Source: the human T2T-CHM13v2.0 reference genome, Homo sapiens
Length of the DNA stretch: 64,000 nucleotides
Assembly (NCBI RefSeq): GCF_009914755.1
Contig: NC_060926.1
Strand: one strand, 5' to 3'
How positions within the stretch are numbered: the first letter of the stretch is position 1; the number at the start of each line of letters is the position of its first letter. Shown one piece after another: positions 1 to 12,757 of the stretch. The position numbers and the translations under genes were made by a program. The notes under the pieces were generated by a model. The model did no database searches. It saw only the letters and a list, made by a program, of their open reading frames with translations, and was not told where the DNA came from.

Positions 1-679
1 GTGTGTTTTCATTTCACTTTGCTAGGGTCAGTTGCTGTATTTCAGAAACAGAGAAGCTCTGAAAGCAGAGATGTGTGACTGAGAACATGGAATTTGTTCT
101 CCGTGTATGTTTAAAACTCCAGTTTGAAAGAAATGCTTTATTCCTTTTCAAACTTCCCTACTGTTTTGGTGAATTCATTTCACGCATAATCCTGCAGAAC
201 TGAATTTTGTGCCGCTGCCTTCAGGCTGCAAACAGTTTAGTCCTGTGTGCTAATGACTGATTCTCCCAGGGTGTGACCACCTGGCTGCCAGGATCTTTTG
301 AAGTTCCTGCTATGGCCAAGCTTTCTCAGTGCTGGGCATTTTTCACTTCCTTCTCTTTCTACCCCACCATTTTCATCTGCTTAACATGGGGAGTGGAAAT
401 GCTGAACGTGTCGGAACCTTACCACAAATCCTACCCCATGTCAATATGTCCACACCACACTCTCAATTCCACAGACATTCATTGCTGGAGAATCAAGGAA
501 ATCAGCATTGGAACCTTGTCAAATTTCCCACCAATATAGCCCAACAGACCCATAAAAAAGAGCAGCTTAGGTAATCACAATGCAGATGCTTTTCGTTAAA
601 TATTTTTGGGGAAGTTTATTTCATTTGATGAGATACTTGGCTAAATGGAACCATCTCCTGAAACACCCATAAACACTTT

Positions 680-803
680 TTAAAGTGGTGGTCCTCTATC
701 TTGATTGTAGTGACGATTTCAGGGGTGCATACATACATTAAAACTTAAATTATATGCATTAAATAAGAGCAGTTTATGTCAAGTATATGCCAAGAAAACT
801 GTT
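680..803 (+). mobile_element. Old L1M (L1MD/ME-type) 3' end fragment
   Basis: ctctatcttgattgtagtgacgatttcaggggtgcatacatacattaaaactt resembles the L1M 3' UTR terminus. Confidence 0.5.
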
Positions 804-2679
804 ATGAAAATGTGTGGGCCCCTGAACAAACTTGTCTGTTACTTTTGTGTGTGGTCTCTCACTGACATGGTTGTATTTCAGAATTTGGCAAGTGATGTTC
901 ACACACCCATTTATTCGCCATGGGGTGAGGCTGGCATAGGTTTGTCCTCTAGGGCAGAACAGCGCTGGCAGAGATCCTGGGGATAGGTATGAACTTCAAA
1001 CCACATGCAAAGTCATTGCAAAAACCTGAACAAGCAATCCAGTGACTTCTGGATGGAACTCTGAAATGATGTTTTGCTAGCATTTTAACAGTAATAGTTA
1101 ATTGCTTGTGGATTTGGTTGTTTTGTTGTTGCCAGTTTTTGTTTGTTCAGTTTTTTTGGCCACTTTTCAAGGTGGAGTTATATTACGCACATTCAAAAGC
1201 AGTTCAGAACATTTCTGGAGTTTCTCTCCCTGTTATCATGTTTTCTTCTTCTCTTTCCTTCTTCTTCTAGAGCTACATTAAACTCTAGAAAGCCTCTGTG
1301 GGTCTCTTTTGCAGGGTAGGTTGGAGAATGCAGAGGAATAGGGAATATGTAGGGATAGGGTCCCATGATATCCCAGGAGGAAGAGCTGCTGGCTTTAGCT
1401 AATACTTTGCTGCACCCTCTGGATTCTGGCTAGGGAAACCCAAGTAGTCTTCATGTTATCCAGGTTTCCTTCCTTTAATATTCAAATAAAGTAACTCAAA
1501 CCCCATGCTCCAGTCCCTTCTCATATGTTTCTTAGGGCTGCCAGGGAATGTTCACACACTCTGGATGCCTTCCTACTCCCCACTTTTCTCTATCTGATTA
1601 GTGCTTCTCCAGGATGCTGGGCCCTTTCTCCAGTTCTCTTTGTTCTAAAACTGGAATTCCCTAAGGCAATGAGTGCTAATTCAAGTCTAATACTAAATTG
1701 TGATGATTAACAAAAGCCTTTTAAAGGGTTTTGGTGAGTGGAATGGCAACAGATAGGTGGCCACTATACGGCAGAACAGGACACAAAGTGAGATGTCAGA
1801 TGTCTCTGTTCCTAGAGCCCACTGGCTACCCTCCTTTGCAGGAGTCCCTGGCTGTCCCTGGCCATCTCTCCCTGGCTGGGGTCATCTCTAACTCTCTCCT
1901 GCATCCCCTCTCCCACCACTCCCCAAGCCTCAAAACTGCAGCTTCAGTGTTCCCAGAAAAATGGAGAAGACAACAAAAAAGATTCTCTCCATAAACCAAT
2001 TGTTTTACAATAACCAGCAGGAAAGTTTTAGCTCATATTGTTCTATACCTGTTTTTTCTGGATTAGGTTTTAGCATAACTAAAGAACCATTCAGAGTATT
2101 CCTAACCCAACCCCAAAAGAACTGTCTACCCCAAAAGAAAATCCAGATCTGTACTTTTAGTAAAACAGGGTACTGACTGAAAGTGTGAAATTATACTTTT
2201 TATTTATAACGTAAATATATATTCATGGGCAGGACACAAGACCAAGGTCTGTGCTTCCCTCCCCTGCTGGCAGTCCCACAAATGGGGTGAGAATAGGATG
2301 GTAGAAGATTTATCACCCACACTACTCCCTGCCCCCGCTTTCCAGGGTAAACTGAAGACTTCGATTCTTTCCTCTTCTGTTTCTACACATCTTTCTCCCT
2401 CTCTCCCCTCCTCCTTTCTGTACACTCCTGGTTCTCTTCTAGGTTTATATCTTTTCTTATTTTGTGACAGACTCTAATAGGCAGGAATTAGATCTAAATC
2501 TGATTTTGGCATATCACCCATATATTAGTGCTTGGTGTAATTTTAGGGACACTAAATTGCTTTCTAGAATAACCCTTCTTTCCCAGGAGAGAAAGCACAG
2601 GCTTTGGGAACTACTGCCAGCATGCTTTTGGCTAGACCCTGGTCAACAGCACCGAGTTACACAAAACACTAACACTTAC

Positions 2680-2775
2680 TTAGCATTGCTAGGTAAACTT
2701 CTGTCGAATGCTTAGGTCAGTAACACATCTGTTCTTTTCTGGTATGAAGTAGATAGTGATGTCCCAAGATCCATA
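2680..2775 (-). pseudogene. Candidate exon remnant of decayed minus-strand gene
   Basis: Acceptor ctttctccctaatgttttgcctgag, donor TAA|GTAAGT; 96 nt; two frames have a single stop. Confidence 0.4.
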
Positions 2776-2948
2776 CTCAGGCAAAACATTAGGGAGAAAG
2801 ATTCGTCATTAGCTTCTCTGAACTCTACCCATTTTCTTTAGAAATCCAGAAGGTAAAACTATGAAATCTGGCAGGATATAAATAGCAGCTAAAGTCTGCA
2901 GAGTACAAAGTAGTAAAATGTCTAAGCACAACATGGATATGTGCTTAA

Positions 2949-3305
<357 letters not shown>

Positions 3306-3520
3306 TAATTTAAAGAGTATATTCTCTTGTTAGATACATTTAAAAAGCTCTTCTCTTGTTACATGCATTTGCTCAAAACCCCAGTGTTGTGCTTATGCAT
3401 TCTTGCTTGGTCAGGGCTCCTGCACTGTACAACTCCAGGAAGCACCATCCACGTCATGGTCTGTGAATAGCAACCCCAGGATTTGTCCAGTGCACAGCTT
3501 GCAGGACAGTACATGGAGCT

Positions 3521-3665
3521 CCTGGTTTGAATCCTGGTCTGCTACTTACCAGCTGTGTGAACTCAGGGAAGTTTTTTATTTTCTATAAGGCTCATATTCT
3601 TCAACTATAGAAAGGTAGATAATGGTATCTACCCCTTAGGATTGCTGTGAGGATTAAATGAGGTA
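3521..3665 (+). mobile_element. MIR SINE fragment
   Basis: ggtttgaatcctggtctgctacttaccagctgtgtga...gattgctgtgaggattaaatgag core. Confidence 0.85.
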
Positions 3666-3723
3666 GTTAAGAAAATGATAATAATTGTTAGGTATTATTG
3701 ATAAAAATAACAAATAAGCTTAC

Positions 3724-3758
3724 CATTTCTCTGATATCTCAGCCACAGAGAGCACAAT
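3724..3758 (-). pseudogene. Candidate 35-nt exon remnant
   Basis: Acceptor ccattttatcaacattacag, donor ATG|GTAAGC; open frame IVLSVAEISEK. Confidence 0.4.
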
Positions 3759-3844
3759 CTGTAATGTTGATAAAATGGAACATTTGCATAGGGGAGGAGA
3801 GCTTTTCAAAGGCTCTAACATGATGTAATTTTATGAATCTTGAC

Positions 3845-4044
3845 TTCCAGAGAGCTCTTTCAAGGTGCCAGGCTTTTATATCACCAGGTCTTCCCTCAGT
3901 TCTGCTGCAGTCGTGGCGTTGCTACACAGCCAGTGCTGTCTGGTATACTTTGGCTCTGGCTACAGAGCCCCTTTTCCTCTGTTCTCCCATCCCAGTGACT
4001 GCCCACCATGGAGAATCTATATGAATCTTGAACAGAGTTAGAAC
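3845..4044 (-). pseudogene. Candidate exon remnant (donor uncertain)
   Basis: Acceptor cactttccttag; frame VLTLFKIHIDSPWWAVTG...AKVYQTALAV*QRHDCSRTEGRPGDIKAWHLERALW has one stop in about 66 codons. Confidence 0.4.
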
Positions 4045-4799
4045 CTAAGGAAAGTGTGATCCTGGGATCTAGTAGCTACAAGTACCAGGACCAAGTACAT
4101 TGGGAAAGGTGGCTTCTAGATTTTTTAATTTCTTGCCCTTGAATGCCAGGTCTGGGACCATGAGGGAAAATTACAGACAGAGCAAAATAGCAATGCAGCA
4201 GGAAGATTATAGGAATGTGAGTGCCCAAGGGTGAGTGTGTATAGAGGTAAAGTGTATATGGTATAAAAAACAGGGAGGAAGAGAGAAAATGAGATGGAGG
4301 AAAGCGGTGATGAGAACCAACAGTTACTGGAGACTATGTTCCCATCTGCCCTTTGCCAACTTGCCTCAAGGTCTGGGACCTGGTCAGAAATGGCATCTGA
4401 GGTTACTAATCACACTCACCTTCAGACCAAGTTAACATCGTAAATAACAAGGGTAGCAATCTCTTATTACCTTGGGGTAGTGGGAGCACATCTAAGGCAC
4501 AAGTATGAAATGAAAGAGAGGAAAAAAAAGTAGGAAAAAATTAGGGAAAAGGGAAGGCTAAATAAAAAGTTCAGCTTTTGGAGAACCAGTAACAGGCATA
4601 GTTGCCACTGCTACACATAAAGTATTCCGCAGAGAAGGGAATGAAAGAGGGGAATCCCACTGCACAGTTCGAACCTTTAATTCTGTCCCTACTCAGGCTC
4701 AGCTTTGAGATTTTTAGAGAGGCTAGAGTAATTCCTAGACTGCCCAGGAGGGTAGCTGGGATCCTCTTTCTTCTGCTGGCATGATTCTCTCCTATCTCT

Positions 4800-5400
<601 letters not shown>

Positions 5401-5507
5401 TAATATCCAAGAACTAGCAGAAACATAAAATCCCAGCTCTCAATACTCGTTATATACAATGCAAGGCCTAAATCAGTGCTTACTCAATTATACTAACAGA
5501 CCCTTAC

Positions 5508-5677
5508 CATGCTCTGAGTGTGATGTAAACACTTCGGTGACCTGGCTAGTCACTCCCATGCTCAAATAAACCCAGTTTTCTGGCTTTGTCAGTGGGCACT
5601 CTCTCAGTCCGTCTCTGTGGGGAGGTGGGATATCCATTTTTCCAAGTAAAAGGCTTGATTTTACTCCTCAAATTCCA
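5508..5677 (-). pseudogene. Candidate exon remnant
   Basis: Acceptor gacttctttctag, donor ATG|GTAAGG; 170 nt; 80-nt intron to the next candidate exon. Confidence 0.5.
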
Positions 5678-5757
5678 CTAGAAAGAAGTCAACTGTGGCA
5701 TTAACATGTATGATCTCTACATTATAGGGGGTCTAACCTAAGCAAGACATAGAGTAC

Positions 5758-5921
5758 CTGCCCTCTAGGACTTTTTGGAGGCCTCGACATTGAACTGCCC
5801 CATCAAAGAGAGGAAGCCTATTTGGAATGACACATGGGGAGTCTTGTTTGTCCAGCCAATCCTGCAGATTCTAAAATTTGTCATTAGATCTGTCAGAAAG
5901 CTGAATACTTGTACAGCTCAT
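5758..5921 (-). pseudogene. Candidate exon remnant
   Basis: Acceptor ttctttctttttgatccaag, donor CAG|GTACTC; 164 nt. Confidence 0.45.
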
Positions 5922-6250
5922 CTTGGATCAAAAAGAAAGAACTGAGTTTACTCTAAGGCTATATCCTCAGTTTTGTTTTGTTTTTCTGAGAAGCATTACT
6001 TTAATGAGCTTATAATTACTATATAAATCAGAGGATGTGAACACAATAAACATACTTGGGGAAATTGTCATAGAAATATTTGCATAGAAAACATGCAAAC
6101 TATAGTGTTTTCTCCTGTTTAAAGAAAATTTCCAACAATATAAATGTCTAAACAAGAAGACATTTTATTTTCTTGAGAGACCAAGATTTTCTACTTTTTA
6201 AAATTGTGGTAAAATATGCATAACCTAAAATTTACCATTTTAACTACTTT

Positions 6251-6691
6251 ATTTTTTATTTTATTTCATTTTTATTTTATTTTTTTGAGATAGGGTCTCA
6301 CTCTGTTGTCCAGGCTGGAGGGCAGTAGCATTATCCTGGCTCACTGAAGCCTTTATTTTATTTTATTTTATTTTATTTTATTTTATTTTATTTTATTTTA
6401 TTTTTTGAGATAGGGTCTCACTCTGTTGTCCAGGCTGGAGGGCAGTAGCATGATCCTGGCTCACTGAAGCCTTCTGGATTCAAGCCATCCTCCTACCTCA
6501 GCCTCCTGAGTAGCTGGAACCATAGGCATGTGCCGCCATGCCAGGCTAATTTAAAACTTTTTTTGTAGGTACAGGGTGGGGATGTCTCCCTGTGTTGCCC
6601 AGGTTGGTCTCTGACTCCTGGGCTCAAGTGATCCTTCTGCCTCAGCCTCCCAAAGTGCTGGGATTACAGGTGTGAGCCATTGCTCTTGGCC
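6251..6691 (-). mobile_element. AluJ with tandemly duplicated 3' end, inserted in an L1MB 3' terminus
   Basis: AluJ-type divergence; 120-bp periodic duplication; TSD cattttaactacttt (6236-6250) / cattttaaccatttt (6692-6706). Confidence 0.9.
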
Positions 6692-6869
6692 CATTTTAAC
6701 CATTTTAAACTATGCACTTCTTTACAAGGATTAAATATAATATAAATATGTGTTAATTAGCATAATACCTTAAGTGCATAAGGTACCTAAGTGCTTCATA
6801 AATGTACAAGTATGCAGATGTGTGTGGGTGGGGGTAAAGTATAGAGGAGATACCAAACCACTTAGAAAA

Positions 6870-7290
6870 TAGTGTCAAATTGACTCCTCTAAACAGAGGC
6901 CAAGGTGGGATTAGATAGATACACAGGAGATTTATTGGAGAAAATGCCTGTGAAGGATAAAGTGGTAGGGAGCTGAAGTAGGAATTGTTTTCAGACCACA
7001 ATATCAGCTTGACACATGTGAAAGGAGAGAGAGAAGGAAAGAAGATTGGGTAGGAAGAGTCTCAAATACTGCAGTTCTGAGCAAGTTTTGGCCAGGCTGA
7101 TGGGAGTCCCTGAGCCAGAGTTGCCCATTAAAGGAATCCCCATCAGGCAGGAATGGCCTGATTTGAGTATCTCCACTGTGCCACCAGTCATTGGTGGGAG
7201 AGGCTGGAGGCTATTGGTCAGCTACACTCTCCACAAGAGGTTCTTCTAACAGGACACCTGAAAAGCACATCTCCATGCCCCTGCCCCATA
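6870..7290 (-). mobile_element. ERVL LTR16-family LTR
   Basis: ggtgggattagatagatacacaggagatttattgg...ggctgatgggagtccctgagccagagttgccc is reverse LTR16 sequence. Confidence 0.75.
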
Positions 7291-7505
7291 ACAGCATATC
7301 AAAAACCCATTACTCATTTACAGCATTTGCTGTGAGGATAAGAAACATTTCCATCATATATCTGTACAGTCTATAAAAAGTCTTATTTGAGAAAGTCTTC
7401 CTAAGTGTCTCAACAAACTTGGTCCCTATAAAAACTTCTTCCCCAAATACAGGCAAAATTTCATAAGGACTTGGCACTCTGCATCCCCATCTGAGGCAAT
7501 CTTAC

Positions 7506-7769
7506 CAAATGTTTTTCTAATTGTCCTCAGGAACCTGTTCCATTTTCCAGTTCCAGTTGCTGTGGAATTTGCCTTTCTACCTAGTTCCTGCTGGACGTGA
7601 AGCTGGGTATGCTTTATTGGCTCCCAGGTCTGACTTTTCCCCAGAATACTGTCATTGCTTCTGTATTTGTCTCATGTCCCCAAAGCCTCAGGCAGCCCTG
7701 CCCTGTTCTTGATCACAACTCTGGTTTCGAGGAGCCAAATCCACATCAGAGTCCCAAGGCCACATTGGT
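7506..7769 (-). pseudogene. Candidate exon remnant (one of the strongest)
   Basis: Acceptor atttgttttccccag, donor TTG|GTAAGA; 264 nt; phase-1 frame has one stop in 87 codons (QCGLGTLMWIWLLETRVV...GKWNRFLRTIRKTF). Confidence 0.55.
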
Positions 7770-7889
7770 CTGGGGAAAACAAATATTTTCTCCTCATGGA
7801 TAAAAAGAACAATGCGATTGATTTTACGTATTTGCTTTTTCCTTTGGCTGCAACTTTAACAGGTTAAAACTTTTTTTTTGTTTCATTTA

Positions 7890-8367
7890 AAAAATTCCCA
7901 AGATTACTATATAGACCTATGTAGAGTAATCAAAGCTTGCCATGGGTTTTTGGAAAATTTAACAAACTGGTTCAAAGTTTATCAGGTAGAATGAAAAAGG
8001 AGCAAGGGTCAAAACATTCCTGAAAAAGAAAAGCTACAGAGGGGTAAAGCTAGAGGACATTATGCTAAGTGAAATAAGCCAGGCACAGCAGGATAAATAC
8101 TGCATGATTCCACTTATATTAGGTATCTAAAATAGTCAGACTCATAAGAAGCAGGGAGTAGAATGATAATTTTGTTTTGGGGCAGAGAGAAATGGGGAGT
8201 TGCTGTTCAATATGTATAAAGTTTCAGTTATGCAGGATGAATAAGTTCTAGAGATCTGCTGTGTAATATCGAGCCTATAGTTAACAATACTGTATTCTAT
8301 GTACCCTTAGGAACTTGTTAAGGGGCAGATCTCATGTTAAGTGTTCTTGACGCTACAAAAAAAAAAA
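7890..8367 (+). mobile_element. L1MA/MB ORF2 and 3' end fragments
   Basis: gaggacattatgctaagtgaaataagccaggcacag...gatctcatgttaagtgttctt followed by an A tail. Confidence 0.85.
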
Positions 8368-10092
8368 GCATTCAATGGTTTAAAATTTATATAATATGTG
8401 TGTTATAAATGAATTCAAATTTTGACTCTCATTTTCTTTGATGACGGAAAATACTCAATCTTGCCTCATATTTTAGCTCAGTAAGTTTGGTTTAAAATGT
8501 AGTTCCTTGTAAGTAAATATCTGGTCCACCCTAAGATCTGAGAATACCCACCTTCTTGACAGGTATGTATGTGTCTGTGATCTAAGTTATCCTGGGGACA
8601 GAGCAGATGTCCTGGCATGGGGCAGCAGCCTCTTGTTCTTATGCCAGCCTATGTCTACATGAGAGTATAACTGGTTCTCACCTGCCCTGGTCTTGGGGTT
8701 CCTTTTGAACCCCACCCCAAACTTCCTTTTGTCCTCTGGTTCTCTCATCACTTTTTTTTAACCTCCGCTGGGAGCTCAGGAATTTTCAGTGCCTTCTGGA
8801 ACTACTCAGGATTGTGAGACTCTGCCAAGCCCCTCTTAGGCCCATCTGCCTACATGCCTCCTTCATTGGGACTCTTCTACCACCCAGGCAGTGAGTTTCT
8901 CAGAATCTTGGCTGAACTCACTTAACTCTAGGCTTCCCTATGAGTTCTGCAGTCTCCTTGGCTGGGATTCCCTCAAAGCTCTCTGGGTGTTTCTATCATA
9001 CTCTCTCCATCTGGGCTTTATTTAAGTCCAGGTGGGTGGCATGTATATAATGGAGCAGGTAAGGGAATGGTTCTAAAGTGAAAAGCCTATGCTTTATTTG
9101 GTTCCCTCCAAAATATCCTCTAACTGCTGTTCAAGCTCTCTCATTTCCTTTCTTCGCGGGGTAGGGGGGTGGCAAGGGCAGAAAAATCTCCATTATATGT
9201 TGTCATGCACTCCTTTCAACTCCAGTTTTATATAAATTATGCTTAGTCCTCCAAATTTGGCATTTTCTATTTAAATCTAGTGTGGAATGGTAAGAAAATG
9301 TTTTCTCTTTTAACAAATACTAAGTTTTGCAAATAAAAATGTTTTCAGCCTATTGTTTCAATCTGTTTAATAATTTATTTAGGAATTCAGTTGCCATGTT
9401 TTGTCTTAAGAGATAGCCATCTTCCCCTTCAAGACCAAATATATGAAATAATATCATTTATTTAAGTGTAATGTAGTGATGTGATGAATAGAAACTATAA
9501 TTTAATAACAAAGCATTGCCCAATACAACACAGACAAATTTATGGTTTAGTTATACCAAATATTAAAACCTTATGATCAGATACTCTATGACCAATTCTT
9601 CCTCATAGTTTACGATTACTTTCCCTTTGGTCTATATATTTTCTCTAGGACTAATCTTTTTTACTTTTACTTAGATATTATTAGATAGAGTTCTATCTTT
9701 GGCAATAGCTGGCTAGGTTATTTTGGAGTAATCCTGGCATTGATAAGAATCACACAAAATGGACAAAATATAAAATAAACATCTGTTCAAAGACATCAGA
9801 AAGCCACTGAGGGAATGAGAATTTACAGGGCCAAGAATCCAAAAGAAGAAGAAAGTTTACAAAGGGGAGCTGGGCATTTCGTCTCCATTTCTTTCAAGGC
9901 AATTGCTAATTCTGAAAGTGAAAGGTATCTAAGTGCATGAGAAGTTGAGCAGAACTTTTGGCAAGATTCTTGAGCTAGGAAAAGCCCACAAAGGAGGAGT
10001 GACCCTGGAAAACACCTCAGCCTTTTGTTTGGGACTTTTAAAGGCTATGATCTAAGAGTAACAGTGAACCAGAAACAGACCAGCCCTTATAG

Positions 10093-10793
10093 CAGTGGTT
10101 CTCAATCATGGATAAACATGAGAATTACCTACAAAGATTAAAAAATTTATCAGTGCCCCATAGTTCAAAAAATCTCTACAAAATTATGCTGAGTGAAAAG
10201 AACCAAAAACAAAAAAAAAGGATACATATTACATGACTCCTTTTGTCTAACAATCGTGGAACAATTACAGGAATGGAGAACAGATCAGTGGTTGCTAGGG
10301 GTTAGAAAAGAAAGAGGATGGGTATGGCTATAAAGGAATAACACAGGGAGTGACGGTATAGTTGAGTATCTCATTTGTGGTGCTTTTTAGGGAGGCTACA
10401 GATGTGAAAAAATTGCATAGAACTACACATACACACACACACACACATATGTACACAAGTCCATGTATAACTGGTAAAATCTGAATAGGCTCTATGGATT
10501 GTGCCAATGTTCGTTTTTTGGTTTTGACATTGTACTATAGTTGTGTGAAATGTTTGCATTCAGTGGGGTAAGCTTTAGGGAAGGGCTACGTGAGCTTTTC
10601 AGTGCATTTTTTGCAACCTCCTGTGAATCCATAATTATTTCAAAAAAATGTTTTTAAAAACTACTCCCCCACAAAAAATCAATGCTTCACTCCAGATCAG
10701 TTGAATCAGATCTCTGAAGTAGAGTCCAGGCACATGCATATTTTTGAAGCTTCCTGTGTGGTTCTAATGTGCATCCAGTATTGAGAACCACTG
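10093..10793. mobile_element. MER5 (hAT-Charlie MITE) split by an L1M 3' end
   Basis: Perfect 13-bp TIRs cagtggttctcaa / ttgagaaccactg; degenerate 8-bp TSD ccttatag / acttacag. Confidence 0.85.
10165..10660 (+). mobile_element. L1MC/MD 3' end nested in MER5
   Basis: aattatgctgagtgaaaag...aacagatcagtggttgctagggg...gcaacctcctgtgaatccataattatttcaaaa. Confidence 0.8.
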
Positions 10794-11650
10794 ACTTACA
10801 GGGAATGAAGGCACTTTTAATAATTTCAATACTTGGATAGATTAATATTATCACTAGGCCCATTCCCTTCAGAGCAAAAGTAAATCCTCTGTGAAAGAAG
10901 ATAACATCATTCAGGATCACAAATTATCTCTATGGTTTTTCATACTCAATATACATCAAGACAAGACTTCATACAAAACTAAGAATAAAAACAGATAATA
11001 GACACAGATCCACAGAAGATCCAGATACTGAAGTTATCAGCCAAAGATTTAAAAATAACCATAGTTAAAATAGCTATACAAACAGAAAAGCCACAAAGAA
11101 AAAAATTCAAAGCAGAAAAAAGTACAAAGAAAACCATGCCTATGCACGTGACGATAAAAGTACTAAAAATCAAAGAAAAAAGTCTTAAAAGCAGCCACAG
11201 AATAAAAACTATAAAGAAACAGCCATAAGATTAAACTTATAGCTGAATTCCTAACAGAAATAGGAAAGTCAGAATAAATGCAGTGATATCTTCAAAATGC
11301 TAAAAGAAAATTACTACCGACCTAGAATTCTATGCCTGATGAAGATATCCCTCAAAAATGAAGTAAAATAAGAGCATTTTCAGACTACTATAAATTGACA
11401 GAATTTGTCACTAAAGGAAATATGAAAGAGTGTTCTCTAGCAAAAGGAACACAAATCCAGATGAAACTTGGAAAAAGCAATGGATAGGGTAAATGCGTGG
11501 GTAAATCTACATGAATATTGCCTGTATATATTTTATTAAATATATTTTTGGTAGATGCTTCAAAATATTTGTTTATGTAACAACACTTCAAAAAAGTATT
11601 CTCATATAAGATATATCATCTTCATAATCTTTCTATGACAGGAAAGTCTG

Positions 11651-12156
11651 TGTATCATTTAGGAATGTGGGTTGCAAGTATTTGAAAACTAAATAAAGCT
11701 TGAAAATAGGGGTTCATTTTTCTAATATAACAAGAAATTAATGCAAATGCCAAATCTATGGTATTTGCAGTTGCCGAAAGTAATCAAGGACTCAGCCTTT
11801 TTCTTTCTGCTCCATCGTTCTTAGTTTGTTGGCTTTCAGTATTATGGTCAACAGATGGCTGTACATCCAGGCATCACAGTCTCATCCTAGGCAGGAAGAA
11901 AAGGGAAGAGCAAAAGGCTGCATCAGCTAATTTGTTCTCCATTTAGGGGGGAAACAATACTTTCCCAAAACCACATATCAAACTGCTACTCACATCCTCT
12001 TGGTCAGACTGTTTCACAGGGCACCCCAATTGCAAAAGAGGTTGGAGAATTGATTAAGAATTGATTGATTTATCTTTCCAGCCTCTAATGCACAGGAAGA
12101 CAAAAGGGAATGGGGCAGGGAATTAATTTGAAGTAAGCCAGCCTACAGTACCTGCA
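11651..12156 (-). mobile_element. MaLR LTR (MLT1J/K/L-like)
   Basis: aacagatggctgtacatccaggcatcacag...ctcacatcctcttggtcagactg motifs. Confidence 0.65.
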
Positions 12157-12757
12157 TGGGGGATAAGGTCAACTAGCTCACTAAACATTGACTCTACCCT
12201 CCTTTTAGTGCACCTTTTTGTACTGCAGAGGCTAGGGAGCTAAAAATTACTTTTCCCAACTAGGTTCCTGTGTGATTTAGCTTTTGCTAATCAGATGCAC
12301 TTGTGCAAGAGTTGGGACCTGGAAGTGATAGGATGAAAGCGATTCTGCTATTTCTTTTGATTCTTTCTTCTGGCAGGCACAGTCAGGCAGAGAAGCACTG
12401 GCTTTTTCTGTGCCAGCATTTCAGTGGCAAGTCGCTAGCTTCATGGGTAGGGATGTGCCTGATGTAGAGCATGCACATCTAAGAGAGTCAGCATAGTTCT
12501 AGAGCTAGCAGTAGTGGCAGTGGTGGCCGGAGCTACCTGATCCCTGGTACATGCTTCTGAAACCAACAGTTCCAATGATGGTGGCAGAAATGACATCTCT
12601 GGTGGCTACTTCCGCAGGGTCATTCTAGGATTTATTTTTGAAGTCCTAGCCTGGAGCTTGCTCCTACCTAAAATGTCGTAAATTTCTAATCCCGTGCATT
12701 AAATACCTTTGCTTAAAATATCTAGTTTATGTTTCTGCAGTTGACTCTGGCCTATAT
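12157..12757 (+). mobile_element. ERVL LTR33-like LTR
   Basis: gcagaggctagggagctaaaaattacttttccca...gctaatcagatgcacttgtgcaagag...attaaatacctttgcttaaaa. Confidence 0.65.

Larger units (their letters stand above)
9690..11545 (+). mobile_element. Old L1M 5'/ORF1 region, fragmented
   Basis: ORF1-like sequence (aaaagcagccacag..., gatatcttcaaaatgctaaaagaaa...ctagaattctatg) around a MER5 insertion. Confidence 0.6.

Noticed and set aside
273-574. Overlapping plus-strand ORFs; possible minus-strand exons near 282-376 and 1188-1267
   Set aside because: No recognisable homology; splice sites too weak to list.
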